A stretch of 64,000 bases of DNA from Octopus vulgaris (GCA_951406725.2 OX597829.1:20584001-20648000), one strand, 5' to 3'; numbered from the stretch's first letter, positions 24,955 through 39,000 are shown. Translations and numbers: made by a program. The notes: generated by a model from the letters alone, not told the origin.

Positions 24955-27180
24955 AGTATATATAGATTTATTATTTTATTCAATTATATAGTTGACCAAA
25001 ATATCAATTAATATTAAACTAATTTACTTAAATGTAATATTATGTAATAAATAGACCACCTAACTTTTAAATAATATATTGTCTTACAAAACTAATTCTC
25101 GAATTAAATTATATAATTCGTTAAATCACATTATAAAATTAATAATAATCATAAAACATAATAAATAAATAGATATACATATCGTAACTAATAATTATCA
25201 ATAAATTATATATAAATTAATATTTTAGCTACAATAATAATCATAATAATAATCAAACTTAATACAATTTAAAAGTTAAATAATATTGTTAAATAAAAAA
25301 CATTACTTAGCGTTTATAAGAAATTAAACTCGTGAAGACGTGTAAAAAATATAATAATATTATCAATGAAAATGATGAAAAATATTTATTAATGAAAAAG
25401 ACGAAAAATATTTAAGCTTCATGAATGAAAGAAAAATAGAATAACAAAAGTAGTATAAATGACTATTTACTATAAATTAATTACCAAATAATTATTACAT
25501 AAAATATACATATAATATTAAATTAATTTATATTACTATAATTAATAGGTCTTAATAAAATTATATATAATCATTTATGTATTAGGAAATATCTAAGTTT
25601 AAAATTATTCAAATATATTAATATAATACATAATAATATAGTAAATTATACACTAATACTACTAAATTATATCTACAATAAATAACATAAAAAGAAATAA
25701 GGTTTTATACATACGGAAAAATAAGCTAAACGTATCATATAGATAAATAAATTTATGTTAGCATTTAATTTTAAATGACTTTTTACTATAAATTTAAAGT
25801 TCAAATAATAAATAAGTAAAATATATATATCATATTTAAATTAATATATATTACTATAATTAATATATCTTAATCAATTTATATAATCATTTATTAGCTA
25901 AACCTATTATATAGGTAATTTAATTGATGTTTACATTTAATTTTACGTTCCTCTAATGAGTTTACTAACACATAGTTGTTATTAAATAATATTTCTTTTA
26001 ATTCATTATTACACAATGAACAATAATTACTCCATATAGAATATGATTTAGCCCTACAAATAATCTCCCAAGTTAATTCATATTTAATAGATCTAGATCT
26101 AAGGTCCCAAATATATTTACTGAGACCTGTTGAATTTATTAGCTTTTTATTCCTAAAAGAATACATTTGTAGAATTTATTTAATTTAAATGTATTAAATG
26201 AAGAAATATTACCAACATTAGTAGTAGTTGAATACCCAACTCCAAAATTATTAGTAGAAAAAATGTTATATTTTTTATTATCCCTAATGAATATTTCAAT
26301 TATATTTAAAATCCCTTTAATAAGATTTACTTTAAACTGAACCCCAAAAGGAACGATTAACCATATTTTATTTTTATATTATTATTATTATATTTTTTGT
26401 AATATTAAATTTATTATCTTCATTAATTGAATTAAATTTTATCTTATTTTTATTTTTCATTCCAATATTAAATGTATTATTTACATCATCAAAATACCTA
26501 TTATTATTAGGATGATAGATACCTAAATAAAATTTATCATAATTCAGATAATTAGGTTTATCATTATAAAAATCATTTATATTATACTCCTTCAAATTAT
26601 AATTATGTTTACAAGTATTAAAGAATTTAATATTATTATTATATCCTGCATCATGCAGGGCTTTATTATAACAAGGTGCATGTTTATTAAAAATCTCTAA
26701 ATCATAAGCAAGTAATGATATTCTTTTACCTACATTATTTATCAACGATTCTTTAACAGAAGGTGGATGATTACTATAAGAATGAATATATTTCAGATTT
26801 TCGTTAATTTTATGGAATGGTTGGGTTTCACAACATTATTAAATAAAATTAACATCTAAATAATTAACATTATAGTTCTCATTATAAATAGTAATACTTA
26901 AACCATATCTTTTAAAGAAATTATAAAGTTTCTTTTTATATAATTCTAATTTTCTATTTGTACAATCCCTAGTAAGTAATAAAAGGTCATCTCTATATAG
27001 ACCACCCTCCTACTTAAATTTTTCTAATTGAAGTTCTGATAAAAAAAATACCTACTAAATCAGTAGCCTGTGCAGAATCTGGTGCCCCCATAGGTATATC
27101 AAAATAGTCTCTAGTATCCTTCCTAGCCCATAATTTATTATTATATCTAATTAACGATTTCCTAGCCAGCAACTGAGCAA
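24955..27180 (-). mobile_element. Mirror copy of the decayed Naiad-type Penelope-like element, with a ~230-bp internal deletion
   Basis: ORFs 27014-27277, 26374-26745 and 25894-26166 match the left-arm pieces. Confidence 0.85.
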
Positions 27181-28054
27181 GAGTCTTTTTTGTACATGGC
27201 ACAAAAGATTGTGCAGCAGCTGACCTGGCAACTTCAAGCACAAACAAGGAACCTTGTCCACCACAGTCAACAGACACGGGATGGCCTCCCCTAACGCCTG
27301 TACAGTCATCACACGAATACTTTTACTATATATTGGGGGCCTTTTGCATCACAATAAAAGCAAAATTTCTTTCCTGAGAGATCTTACTGCATGCAATCAA
27401 GCCCTATGCATAGCACTCATGGAAACTCACCTCAGCCTTGATATAGAGGATGCAGAAGTACACATACCAAAATATGCCAGACTATGAACAGACAGAAGGG
27501 AAAGGAGTCATAGTGGAGTTGCTGTATACCTCCATGTCGACCTCACACCACAGGTCTTACTGTCATACTCAAATTCAGTATGTGACACTCTAATTGTATA
27601 CATAAGACAACATAATATAGTCATATGCAATACATATTGCCCACCAGATGCTCCAAACCACATAGTCAAGTTTGAAGATTGCTTCACAAGAATTAAAGAA
27701 ATCCTCATGAATCTGGATCACCACATGACCATATTTCTTATGGGTGATTTCAACTTACACAACGTCAAATGGCCCAAAGGTCACATACTCTAAGGATTGA
27801 CTCATTGCAAGCAAGCACAGGTGGAGTCCATGCTCAACCTCACCAATGCCCTATTCATGGAGCAAGCAGTACTCAGACCAATTAGGGTAAATAACATTCT
27901 GGATCTCTGCTTCATGAACAATATGGACATCATTCATGATGAGAAAGTGACGCCGACATTATATACATATATACATATATATACACACATATACATATAT
28001 ATATACACACATATACATATATATATAAATATATGTATATACATACATACACAA

Positions 28055-28089
<35 letters not shown>

Positions 28090-29049
28090 CATACACACAG
28101 ACACACACAAACAAATATATGCACATACATATACACACACACGTATACACACAGATGTATACAGGGAGTGAGAGTGAGAGAAAATACAGAGAATAATGAG
28201 GCATTGTAAACAATTTAATTAGCTACATGTGTTTCAAATAGACTAGCACGACAAACTGATGCAAACATATACACAGAGACACACACACACAAACACACAC
28301 ATATGTATATATATGCAAGTCAATGAGTTTTCGCATTTGTGCATATATACATATATACTTGAGATAGTTGTACATGAAATGGTAGGGATTGTGAAGGTTG
28401 GTGTTTACCACAGCAACTGTGTCTCATTCCTGTTTTTATAGTCTTTTATTTTTAGTGTTTTCGTGTAATTAAGAATTTGGTTTATTGATGAAATGCTAGA
28501 AATATGCAGTGATTTGTATTTTTTTTTTTTTGTAATTTATTGAGAGCTGCTGAAAAGATTGTAGGCCTAAACAAGAATGTATTGTTTATGCAACTCATTT
28601 GTTCTTTTGTTTCTGTAGTAATGCAATATCCATGAGTATTTTAGTTGTTTGCTTTCTTTACTTACTATGTAGAGATGCTCAGATCAATTTATCCATTACT
28701 TTTAGGACGCTAAGTTAAATTTGAAGAATATTAGGTACCTACTGAGTGACTACAGAGAAGCTTCTTCAATGGCTTCAGAAACTGAATGCCTGCTTAATAT
28801 TCTGAACAAAATTCCTATTGTATATGTTTTGAGTATATATTGATGTATTTTTAATTACTGATTAAATAAATCTCAAATATAAATATACTACATAAATATA
28901 AATATACTCTCTAAAAGAGAGTAAAAGAGAGTACAGGTATGCCGGTGTACTAATGTTCAGCTGATGAGAACCAAAAATGTTAGAAGGAAACCAAAAATGA
29001 ATACAAATGTGATGTTGAAACCAAAGAATATATTTAACCCTGATTTAAA

Positions 29050-30079
29050 TTACACATACAACCCACGGTTAACTACTCTGTCAACTTGATCCATTTTACA
29101 TTTCATTGAGTCATCTATAAACCAATGTCCAAATTTTTTGGCTCGTTTTAACTTTTTTGCATTTCCAACTACCCAGTTATTGTGAATAATAACAACATGT
29201 TTCTTCTGACGATTTTCTAATTTCATTTCATACCATTTTCCATCAATATATCTGTCAAATGGAAGAACTTCATATTTTATTCCACCAAATCGTTTATTAA
29301 TAAGTTCCATCAAGTATACCTGGTCATTTTCACTTTCAGATACAAGTTTATTATCATCTTTTCCTTCAATTTCTTTGCCAAGACGTCTCATCTTTGAATT
29401 CAGTTCTTGCAAGAGAGTTTTCACAGCTTTTGTAGGCTTCATATATATGAAATTTCCAGCAGCAGTATTTTTTCTGCCAGCAATACTTGTAACTATCATA
29501 TCATTTTTCAATGCTATTTTTTTGCATTCATCAAGAGGATTAGAAACCCAAAGACAGTCAACTTCAAATAAGAGCAATTCAACATCATTCTGCAATAAAG
29601 AATTTAAAATTTCCTCACGTTGCACCATTATTTTTACATAACCAACTGTACTATAAATTTGATCACCATTTAGTGAAGTAATGGGCAACACAACAACTTT
29701 GACATTAGGCCAATCCTTCTCAAATTGTTGTTTTGATATAGCATCTGTAGTAATAAAGAGAATTTGCTCATGGATACCCATATTAACAGTGTTACACAAC
29801 CAACTATAGACAAAAGGTAAATAAGCATTGTTAATAAAAGTAAATAAAACTAAATCATGTTTTTTCATGATATCTTTAGCAATTCCAACTGACTGGCTGA
29901 TTACACCTTGAAGATTTTGAGAATAGTTCTTTTGTTCACTTTTTAAAATTTGTGATTTCAATTCATTTTTCTGGAGCATTTTCATCCCAATGAACACAAG
30001 TGTGCAAGCAAATATAGAAAAGAAAAATAATAAACCATAAATAACGTTTTAGACGAAGCATTTTCACAGATATTGGTAT
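29050..30079 (-). CDS. GT77/Nucleotid_trans-like glycosyltransferase copy B: catalytic domain open (ATG 29985/29979 to 29050), anchor region disrupted (possible pseudogene or soluble form)
   Basis: About 87% aa identity to copy A by hand; first ATG reads ATA (30079-30077); +1 frameshift (A to GG) at 30035-30036; ACG to ATG creates a new start. Confidence 0.8.
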
Positions 30080-32390
30080 TCCTGTGTAACTTGACAGTGA
30101 TATGTCCAGAAAACTTTGATGTTATATCACACTGCAAAAAAAAAAAGAAAAGAAAAGATAATATATAATATATATGTATATAAAGACAATAACAATAAAA
30201 TGAAGAAGGTGCATGGCTCAGTAGTTAGGGCATCAGGTTCGCAATTATGAGGTAGTGAGTTCGATTCCTGGACTGGGTCGTGTGTTGTACTCTTAAGCAA
30301 GACACTTTATTTCATGTTGCTCCAGTTCACTCAACTGCGGAAATGAGTTGCAATATCACTGGTACCAAGCTGTATCAGCCTTTGCCTTTCCCTTGGATAA
30401 CATCAGTTAATATAAAAAATAGTTTCAGTCATTAGACTTTAGCCATGTTGGAACACCACTTTGAATTTTTTTGTTGAATGAATCAACCCCAGTACTTCTT
30501 TTTAAGCCTGGTGGTTATTTTATTAGACTCTTTTGCCGAACTGCTAAGCTGTTGTCAAGTAGTGAGGGGTGGGAGAGGGAAAAGACAGACAGAAAGATAC
30601 ACACACACACACATGCATCCACTGACAAGGCTTTGGTTGGTCTGAGGTTATAGTAGAAAATGCTTGCCCAAGGTACCATGTAGTGGGACAACCTGGAACC
30701 ATGTGGTTGAGGAGCAAGCTTCTTACCACACAGTCCCTTTCTTTTATATTCACTTATCACTTATGATTTTTTAGGCATTTACCTTTGATACTGCTGCATT
30801 TCAGTTCACTTCATCCAGGTTAAAAAAAGTTATATAAGAAAGTCAATCTTTGGATTACTATCACATCTAAGGGCCCTAAGACAGTTATGTAGCAGAATTT
30901 TATATGCTAAAAAAAAGATTTTAATAAAAGATGTATCATTCTCCATTCTTTATTCTGTATTTCTTATACACCCTGAATTTTATAAGAATCTTTTGAAGCA
31001 AATTCAGGATTTACCAATTCAAAGAAGCCCAAAAACAATTGTTTATTCTAAACGATTCCAAATGTTTCCTAATATTTGATGTGGCTAGCCAAGTCTAGAT
31101 TTTTAACAGTGTTAGTAAAGTATCTACCTGGATTTAAAATCCTTATTCCTTTGTGGTACACACACATATTGATGGGTTACATGGTTTGACTGAAACTGGT
31201 AAGCTGGAGAGCTGCATCAGATTCCAGTCTAATTTAAGAAGAGCTGGATGCCCTTCCTAATGCCAACCACCCCAAGAGGGCAATGGGTGCTTTTATGTGC
31301 CACCAGCATGAGTACCATTTACATGGCACCAGTAATGACTATAATTTCACAGGTGTGTGTGTGCGTGCATATGTGTGATGTATGTATGTATAGGTAATGA
31401 CACCCTTCAGTCATGAGTGACCATGGGATTACACCTAGAAGTTCCCCTCTGAGGCACAAGTCCAGGCAAGGTTGTTTATGAAAGACCAGCCATGCATACC
31501 AGCCTCCCCTCTTCATGCCACCAATGTTATCCAAGGCAAAGGCCAACAGCTTGGTACCAGTGACATCGCAACTCATTTCTACAGCTGAGTGAACTGGAGC
31601 AACATGAAATAAAGTGTCTTGCTCAAGAACACAACACGCAGCCCAGTCCAGGAATCAAACTCATTACCTCATGATTGTGAGCCTGACACTCTAACCACTG
31701 AGCATTACACCTTATCTGTTTAGTTTAGTTTGGGCAAAAGCCTCATTATGCCTTCTTAAAAGCTCCTGTGCTTCTTAATGTCAGCTGCCACATGTTAATT
31801 CCATCTCCCAGGGTAATCTAATAGTATGGGCATACATTTGGAACTCCTTTCTGCTTAGGATAAATACTACAATAATAACATGCAGATTGAAATTCAAAGG
31901 CTTTGTTAATTAAGCTTGATTAATAAAGTTTAATAAAACCTATTAATTACCATCCCCTGTTATTATTGTTGTGTGTGTGTGTGTGTGTGTGCTATGCAAT
32001 TGGACTGAGCATAAAAACAGAGCAATGTGCAGAGGAATCATACACACACATACATCCCATATATAGCATCATTCAAAAGCTAAAATGATGCAAAGCACAT
32101 TGTAACCAGTGATATATAACAATATCCAATGATCTGGTTGGTCAAATTATTTATATATATATATATCATCATTTAACGTCTACCTTCCATGCTGGCATGG
32201 GTGGGACGGTTTGACAAGAGCCAGCCAGGCAGAAGCCTGCACCAGACTTCTGTGACTGTTTTGGCAGGATTTTTACAGATGGATACCTTTCATAACACCA
32301 ACCACTAAGAGAGGAGTCATTGGAGGAGGAGGACAGATAGAAGTGTCTTGCTGCAGAGGAATACAAGGTTACCCATCCAGAGAAAGAGAA

Positions 32391-32429
<39 letters not shown>

Positions 32430-33337
32430 TCAGGAATGAAGACAGAAACAGGTGAGCTACTGCAAAGGAAATACACAGTTACCCAACCTGAGTGTGTTTG
32501 TGTGCATATGAGTATCTACCTCTGCATGAGTATATATACGTATGTACGTATCTATGTGTACATATTCTTCTGTATGTATATTCATCTTTTCCTACTTGTA
32601 TCCCTTTCCCAGTGTCGAAACACACTAGGATCATAAATTAGGTCAGCCCACAACATACATCATTAACATCCTCATCCTTCGATGCCATACAATTGTTTAG
32701 TTATCTATTTAATAGATCTTTTCACTTCAAGTTGTCACAGACTAATGCAGCTGTGTGATCAAATGCATCATCTTCCATTGGACAAATTTTGGTAACAATG
32801 GTTCTGCCTGTACTGGCTGACACACTGGCAGCATATGATGGATAAACCATTTTGCTATATGCAGCACTGCCCACTGTACTACTCCTCCTTCTTCTTTTCT
32901 GTTCTTTTTCTTCTTCCTTGCCTTTGGATTCTTCCCCTCCTTCTACTTCTCTTTCACCTTCTTCCATTCCTTTTCTTACTCATATCTTTATATGTATCCA
33001 CCCTCTTGATTCCTCTCCACCACCAGCACATAATATCTTCCCCACAAACTCATTCTACACACACACTTTTAATTTTTTCTTTTTTATTTTCTCTCGGTAC
33101 TTTCCTAACAAGCTCTGATAGATGCACAATGTAATAGCACACCTTTGATGCAAGTCTGAGGAAGTGCCTCTCCAATGCCTAAAACTGCAAATACTATGCA
33201 ATTTTTATTTTAAATTTTTTATACAAACTGGTGTTGCAAATGGAGATAGTAGGGAAACATTTGTAACTTATAATTAAAGATGTGTTAAGAATTTTCTTTG
33301 TCTTCTTTTCATTGGTGTATATGTATATATATATACA

Positions 33338-33718
33338 CTTTACTCTCTCTTTTACTTGTTTCAGTCATTTGACTGTGGCCATGCTGGAGCATGCCTTTAG
33401 TCAAGCATATCAGCCCCAGGACTTATTCTTTGTAAGCCTAGTACTTATTCTATTGTTATCTTTTGCCGAACAACTAAGCTACGGGGATGTAAACACACCA
33501 GCATCGGTTGTCAAGTGATGTTGGGGGCAAAAACACAGACACACATACATATATATATATATATATACGATGGGCTTCTTTCAGTTTCCGTTTACCAAAT
33601 TCACTCACAAGGCTTTGGTAGAAGACAATTGCCTAAGGTGCCACGCAGTGGGGCTGAACCCAGAACCATGTGGTTAGTAAGCAAGCTACTTATCACATAG
33701 CCATTCCTATGCCTGCTT
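33338..33718 (-). mobile_element. tRNA/CORE-type SINE
   Basis: Reverse complement of the 36933 family, including tail gctccagcatggccacagtcaaatgactgaaacaagtaaaagag. Confidence 0.8.
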
Positions 33719-33738
33719 ACCACACAGCCACTCCTATG

Positions 33739-33769
<31 letters not shown>

Positions 33770-33773
<4 letters not shown>

Positions 33774-34085
33774 AAAGAACAGTAGCAGACACAAAGGATG
33801 ACCAAAGCTGAGATTCAAGGACATATATAAGAGCAGTCTGACCAAGTGCTACATCAATACAAAAACTTGGGGAAAAGTTAGCTGCCTCAGTGAACGAAGG
33901 AGTCAAACAGCTTGAGGAAGACAAAATGCTGGCCCTAGAAGCAAAATGCCAAAGAAAGAAAGACAATACACCACAGTCCTGCAGCACCTTCCTTGCTGGC
34001 AGATTTTGCAACAGAACTTGCTCATCACACATAGGAAGGATTAGCTATGAGAGAAGCTGCAGGAAGAAGACTACAAGTACTTAAG
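33770..34085 (+). mobile_element. Decayed 3' end of another RTE-type LINE ORF
   Basis: VNEGVKQLEE...FCNRTCSSHIGRISYERSC, a C2H2-like C-terminus. Confidence 0.55.
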
Positions 34086-34705
34086 ACATTCTCCGCTGCT
34101 TAGACTGTCTGTCAAGAGGTAAAGAGCTGAATAGTAAAAGGCCATGGCTTGAACTTTGTATTCCATTATTACATCTGTTAGGTATGTTTCAGTATTCAGT
34201 AATTAAATGATGTCACTCTATAAATATAACCCATACAGGGTCACAAACGTGCAGGTAAAGGCCAGTGGGAACAGAGTTGCAGGGGAAACAAGGAGAGATA
34301 GGGGTTGGACACAGACACTTCCTCAGAAATGTAAGCCAGTGTAGATAAAAAATAGGGGTCGGTCTCTGATTGGAAATGTGGGATCTAAGTCAAATTATAT
34401 GACCTTAGTAGAAGAAAGATAGCCAAGTGACTAGATATTGCATCTAAATGGTAGGCAAAGAGGACAAGGTTTTTAAATAACCACACCACTACATTCTGAT
34501 AGATGCACATAGCTATACACCAATGTACATGCATACAAATGCACAGATACACGCAAGAAGACACACACACAGGTACATGTACACACATACTTGTATGCAT
34601 ATTTATATATATATAGTTAATCCAAAATGGAAAACACAACAACGCGAGGACGTGGAACAAGTATAGTGTTATTGGACGCTCAGGAAAGGAAAGAAAGAAG
34701 GAGGA

Positions 34706-34738
34706 TTTAACGTTTCAAGTGGAGCTCTTCATCAGAAA
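34706..34738 (-). ncRNA. Minimal hammerhead-like motif (variant core CUGAUGAA), degenerate
   Basis: ttt CTGATGA agagctccactt GAAAC GTT aaa; shares downstream ttcctgagcg with the 49913 copy. Confidence 0.45.
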
Positions 34739-35199
34739 CATAGGAAAAGGAAAGATCCAAGGAAGGGATGACAGAGGAAAAAGATCGCCAACAATACACA
34801 CGCGATCTGTACATATTATTATCATCATTTAGTATCTGTTTACCATGCTGGTATGGGTTAGATGGTTTCACTGGAATCAGTAAGCTGGAAAGCTGCACCA
34901 TATTCCAGTCTATTTTGCCTCGGTTTCTATGGCCTGATGCCCTTCCTAATGCCAACCACTTCATAGAGTGCACTCAGTGTCTTTTATGTGTCAGAAGCAC
35001 AGGCCACAACTGCATTAGGTTTGAATAAAAGATGAGATGGCCATGACTTCGAATGTCTTGAATACAAAATTATCTCAATCAAGAGTGACTGAGAGTGGGG
35101 GGGGGTGAAGGCATGCAGAAAGAATAACAAGAGAGGGAGGAAAGGTATTGGACAAGGTTAAAATTCTAGTAACAGAAGAAAGATGGAAGAAAAAGAGAG

Positions 35200-35850
35200 A
35201 AGAAAAAGAGGATGACAAAGAAAGAATCAGAATTTCACAACCTCAAAAGCTAAAGGACTGGCTGGCCAGAAATGCTCATGATATAAAGAAGAATGTAAAA
35301 AATTTTGAGCTGAAGTAGTTACTTTCTACAACAGATGTTCAGTGTATTCATTGGATAAGTGGGTGAAACCAACGCAAGTGTTTTCGGGATTCAAGTGGAT
35401 GACCTTGAGCAAGATACTTAATTGGAGTTTTGTGTCAAATATTTGGTAGATAAGCAGTAGAGGTTTAATGACATGAAGAGTTAGTAACTTGAAGTAGGTT
35501 TTACAAAATTACAAGAGTGATGAGAAATTCAGTAAATTGCTAGTACATAAAAAATGGACCAAATATTTTGAAAAATCAAATATTGAATGCTGCTCAGAGA
35601 TGTTCAGAATTGCACAACTTTTCCTTGCTGTAGCAACCCAAAATGCAAACACAAGTTGAGTTTTTCACTGATGTAAATTCAGTGGACAAAGGAAAGGAAC
35701 AATAGTATTGAAGGTTATTCTATGAGGTTAATCATATATAGTAAAAATTTCATGACACATCTTGCAGTGACTTCTTCACCTTTTAAAAATCCAAATTAGG
35801 CAATGCTGAAAACATCAGATCTACAGAAAAATATCTTTGAAAAAAAGATA
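35200..35850 (+). pseudogene. Decayed hAT transposase C-terminal dimerisation-domain fragment
   Basis: ~35590-35700 translates, with a frameshift, to SEMFRIAQLFLAVATQNAN..VFSLM*IQWTKERN; outer boundaries approximate. Confidence 0.55.
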
Positions 35851-36932
35851 TATACAAGTTATTAAAGCCAATGGAGGTTATATAAAGTATCAGATGGCAT
35901 TCAGTGGATTTTTTTTTCTTGTATTTTTTAAGGTTTTTATGAAAAAGTTCTTGACAGGAGACTACACCAAGCTCTAGTGTTTGCCTTGACATGATTTTTA
36001 TGGTTTGATGTCTTTTCTAACACCAACCACTTTATAAAGTGTACTGAGTGCTTTTTATGTGGCACCATCACCAGTGAGGTCACTAAGTAACTTGCAATAT
36101 TCCTCAGCTGAAGAGGAGTGAGTATTGAGGGACAGAAACAGGAGTCTTATAGTAGAAGAGAAACATGGCTGTTGAGTGAGAGAGGGGGCATTAGGAAGAT
36201 ACATTTTGGGTAATTATACTTACATTTATTTGTTGATATAATTCATTCTGAAAATTTGTTTTTTTTTTGTTTATTTTTTAGCTTCTACTGTATGTTGGCC
36301 ATGGAAGGCTGCAGTGATTGACAGTGGAAGTATACTGGGTTCTGCTTGTTCCGATATGACAACCCTAACCAGGAGCACAGCTAGGTTCTAAAATCAAGGT
36401 GAGCGAACACATAAAAAGAAAAGAAGGCACCATACACATACCAAACAATTTTTATCTCATTGATTAAGACATCTTATAAAAGGTGCCAATTTTGAAAAAT
36501 GTGCTTGGCAGGAATGGTCACTCTCCTTAGTTATGCCACTGATCCTAAAACACACATATGCACACACACACATGCACACACACATGCACACACAAACACA
36601 CAGGGGGTGGGACACAATGAGTTTTTACTGCACTTCTGAATTTTAGAAAAAATATATTTCACAAATGTTCACTACTTTACAAAAACTATATCAGCTAAGC
36701 AAATGATCTTCGCTAAATGCATTAAAAACAAATATAAGATAATCTGAACACTATTTCAGAAAATTATCACCATTCTCTTTGAGTAAATAAAAGAAAACTT
36801 TAGCTGGGGAAAAATTAGTAAGCCAAAATAAAGTAAATTTGCTGCTTCAATTCTTAGGAATTACATTTGAAAAAGACTCATCACATCAATATCCATCCTT
36901 AAAAGGATCAGAAATGTAACAGAAATTAAAAA

Positions 36933-37104
36933 TGGTGCAGGAGTGGCTGTGAGGTATGTAGCTTGCTAACCAACCACATAGTTCTGGGTTCAGTCCCACT
37001 GCGTGGCATCTTGGGCAAGTGTCTTCTGCTATAGCCCCGGGCCGACCAATGCCTTGTGAGTGGGTTTGGTAGACAGAAACTGAAAGAAGCCTGTTGTATA
37101 TATG

Positions 37105-37143
<39 letters not shown>

Positions 37144-37306
37144 TGTCTCCCTGGCATTGCTTGACAACCGATGCTGGTGTGTTTACGTCCCCGTCACTTA
37201 GCAGTTCGGCAAAAGAGACCGATAAAATCAGTACTGGGCTCGACTAAAAGCGGTGCTCCAGCATGGCTGCAGTCAAATGACTGAAACAAGTAAAAGAGTA
37301 AAAGAG
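36933..37306 (+). mobile_element. Near full-length tRNA/CORE-type SINE with internal (TG)n and a LINE-derived 3' tail
   Basis: gagtggctgtgaggta (A box), gggttcagtccc (B box), cttgggcaagtgtctt (CORE-like), tail (gtaaaaga)n. Confidence 0.85.
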
Positions 37307-37659
37307 AGAAAGGATCATGGAAAAATGGCACATGTTATGAAATTAATGAAACTTGAATAAAAAAACAATCTCAACATAAAATATTCTCTATAGCTTCTTC
37401 ATAATCTGCTGGAGTGGCTCTCTTAAGTTGAGGAAAAATTTCTTGACGAAAAGTACTTGTCACCTGACTATGTTTCAGACTCTCTCAACTTCAACAACTA
37501 TGCTAACAAATGTTTACTCCTAAACACGATGCAATAATTGCAATGTAGTGACTTTAAACAGGTAGGGAGAAAATAAGGAGAAATCAAAATTTACTCATTT
37601 TATCCCAGTTGCCATCTAATTTTGCACCCTGCCCTATATAAAAGAATATATATATATAT

Positions 37660-39000
37660 TAAAAACAGGCTTTGAACCCATAGTAACATTCACGACAACT
37701 TCGATGTTACAATGGTTTCTTCTGACTCTACCCAGATCATTGATATAGTGGGCCTATTTCTACTTTCGAAAATTAGGGATGAGTTCCCAAATATCGGTGG
37801 AGGTCTATACAGGGATGATGCCTTACTTGCTATATCTGGCTCTTCACTAGAAACAATAGATAGAATTAAGAAAAAAATTAATCAAATTTTTTAAAGTAGA
37901 TAATTTAGAGATTATGTTTGAAAATACCACTAGAATTATTAACTTCTTAGATGTAATACTAAACTTAGATAATGGGCTATTTTATCCCTACAAGCCAAAT
38001 AAATTTAACCATGCATTGTCAAACCATCCCCAAAGTATTATTAATGGAGTTATCAAGGGAATGTCAATTAGAATTTCCAACCTATCATCAAACCAAGAGA
38101 TTTTCTATAATGCGACGCCTATTTATAACACAGCCTTAAAGAATAGTGAATTCATGTAAAATATATATTATATCAAGAATACACTATTCAAATACAAATC
38201 AGGTAAGCTCTTTCCATTGATACCCTGTCCATAAACAACCCTTCTGAACAACAGGATGCCTCTCACTTTAGAAGATATCCAATTTATTCTAACTGTTCTT
38301 GTTACAATAATAAGCATAGGCAAACTGGAAATAAAACAGCGAGAAAATGGGATGTTATCTGGTTTAACCCCCACCTTTCTCCCTCAGGCCAAAAACCTCC
38401 CTAAATTATTTGTTTGTGTTATTTACAAGAACTTTGCTGTGGACCATAAATACCACCCCATTTTTAATAGATCCTGTCTCAAACTATCATATTCATCTAC
38501 GCCAAATCTAGGATCGAAAATCACAAGGAATAATAAATTTAAGCTTAAGAATAATGGGAATACAGATAGTCTTAATGTAATAATAATAATAATAATAATA
38601 ATAATGATAATAATAATAATAATAATGAACACAGATAATAAACATATAAATGTAAGGGAGCAGAATAAAGCTTGTAATTTCTGGAACTATTAATGAACCA
38701 AACAAGGTATACATAAGGAGCACAACCGATTTTAAGACAAGATATAGGGGGCATATCAGCTCATTCTCAAATCCAGGAACAAAAAATTCAATGGCACTCG
38801 TTACATACATTAATGAACTAAAAACACGAAATAACAACTTAAACTGGTCTATTATAATGGAAACCACTCCATATAAGACGCATACCAGAAAGTGTAAGTT
38901 ACGTACTAAGGAAGAGTTACATACTAAGGAAGCAATGCATCTTTACCTTCTGACCGGCAGATTTAGAAAATATTTTTTTTGTAACTAAACACTTTCAAAC
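37660..39000 (+). mobile_element. Decayed Naiad-type Penelope-like element
   Basis: FDVTMVSSDSTQ, GGGLYRDD, INFLDVILNLD, SNHPQ, WFNP-like, IFNRSCLKLSYSSTPN, LNWSII..CKLR. Confidence 0.85.

Larger units (their letters stand above)
21213..33083 (-). repeat. Right arm of the inverted segmental duplication
   Basis: cccacaaactcattctacacacacacttttaattttttcttt (~33041-33083) mirrors 5581 onward; several arm-specific indels. Confidence 0.95.

Noticed and set aside
36282-36398. 117-bp exon-like segment with a good acceptor and GTGAG donor
   Set aside because: Stops in all three frames; no support without transcript data.
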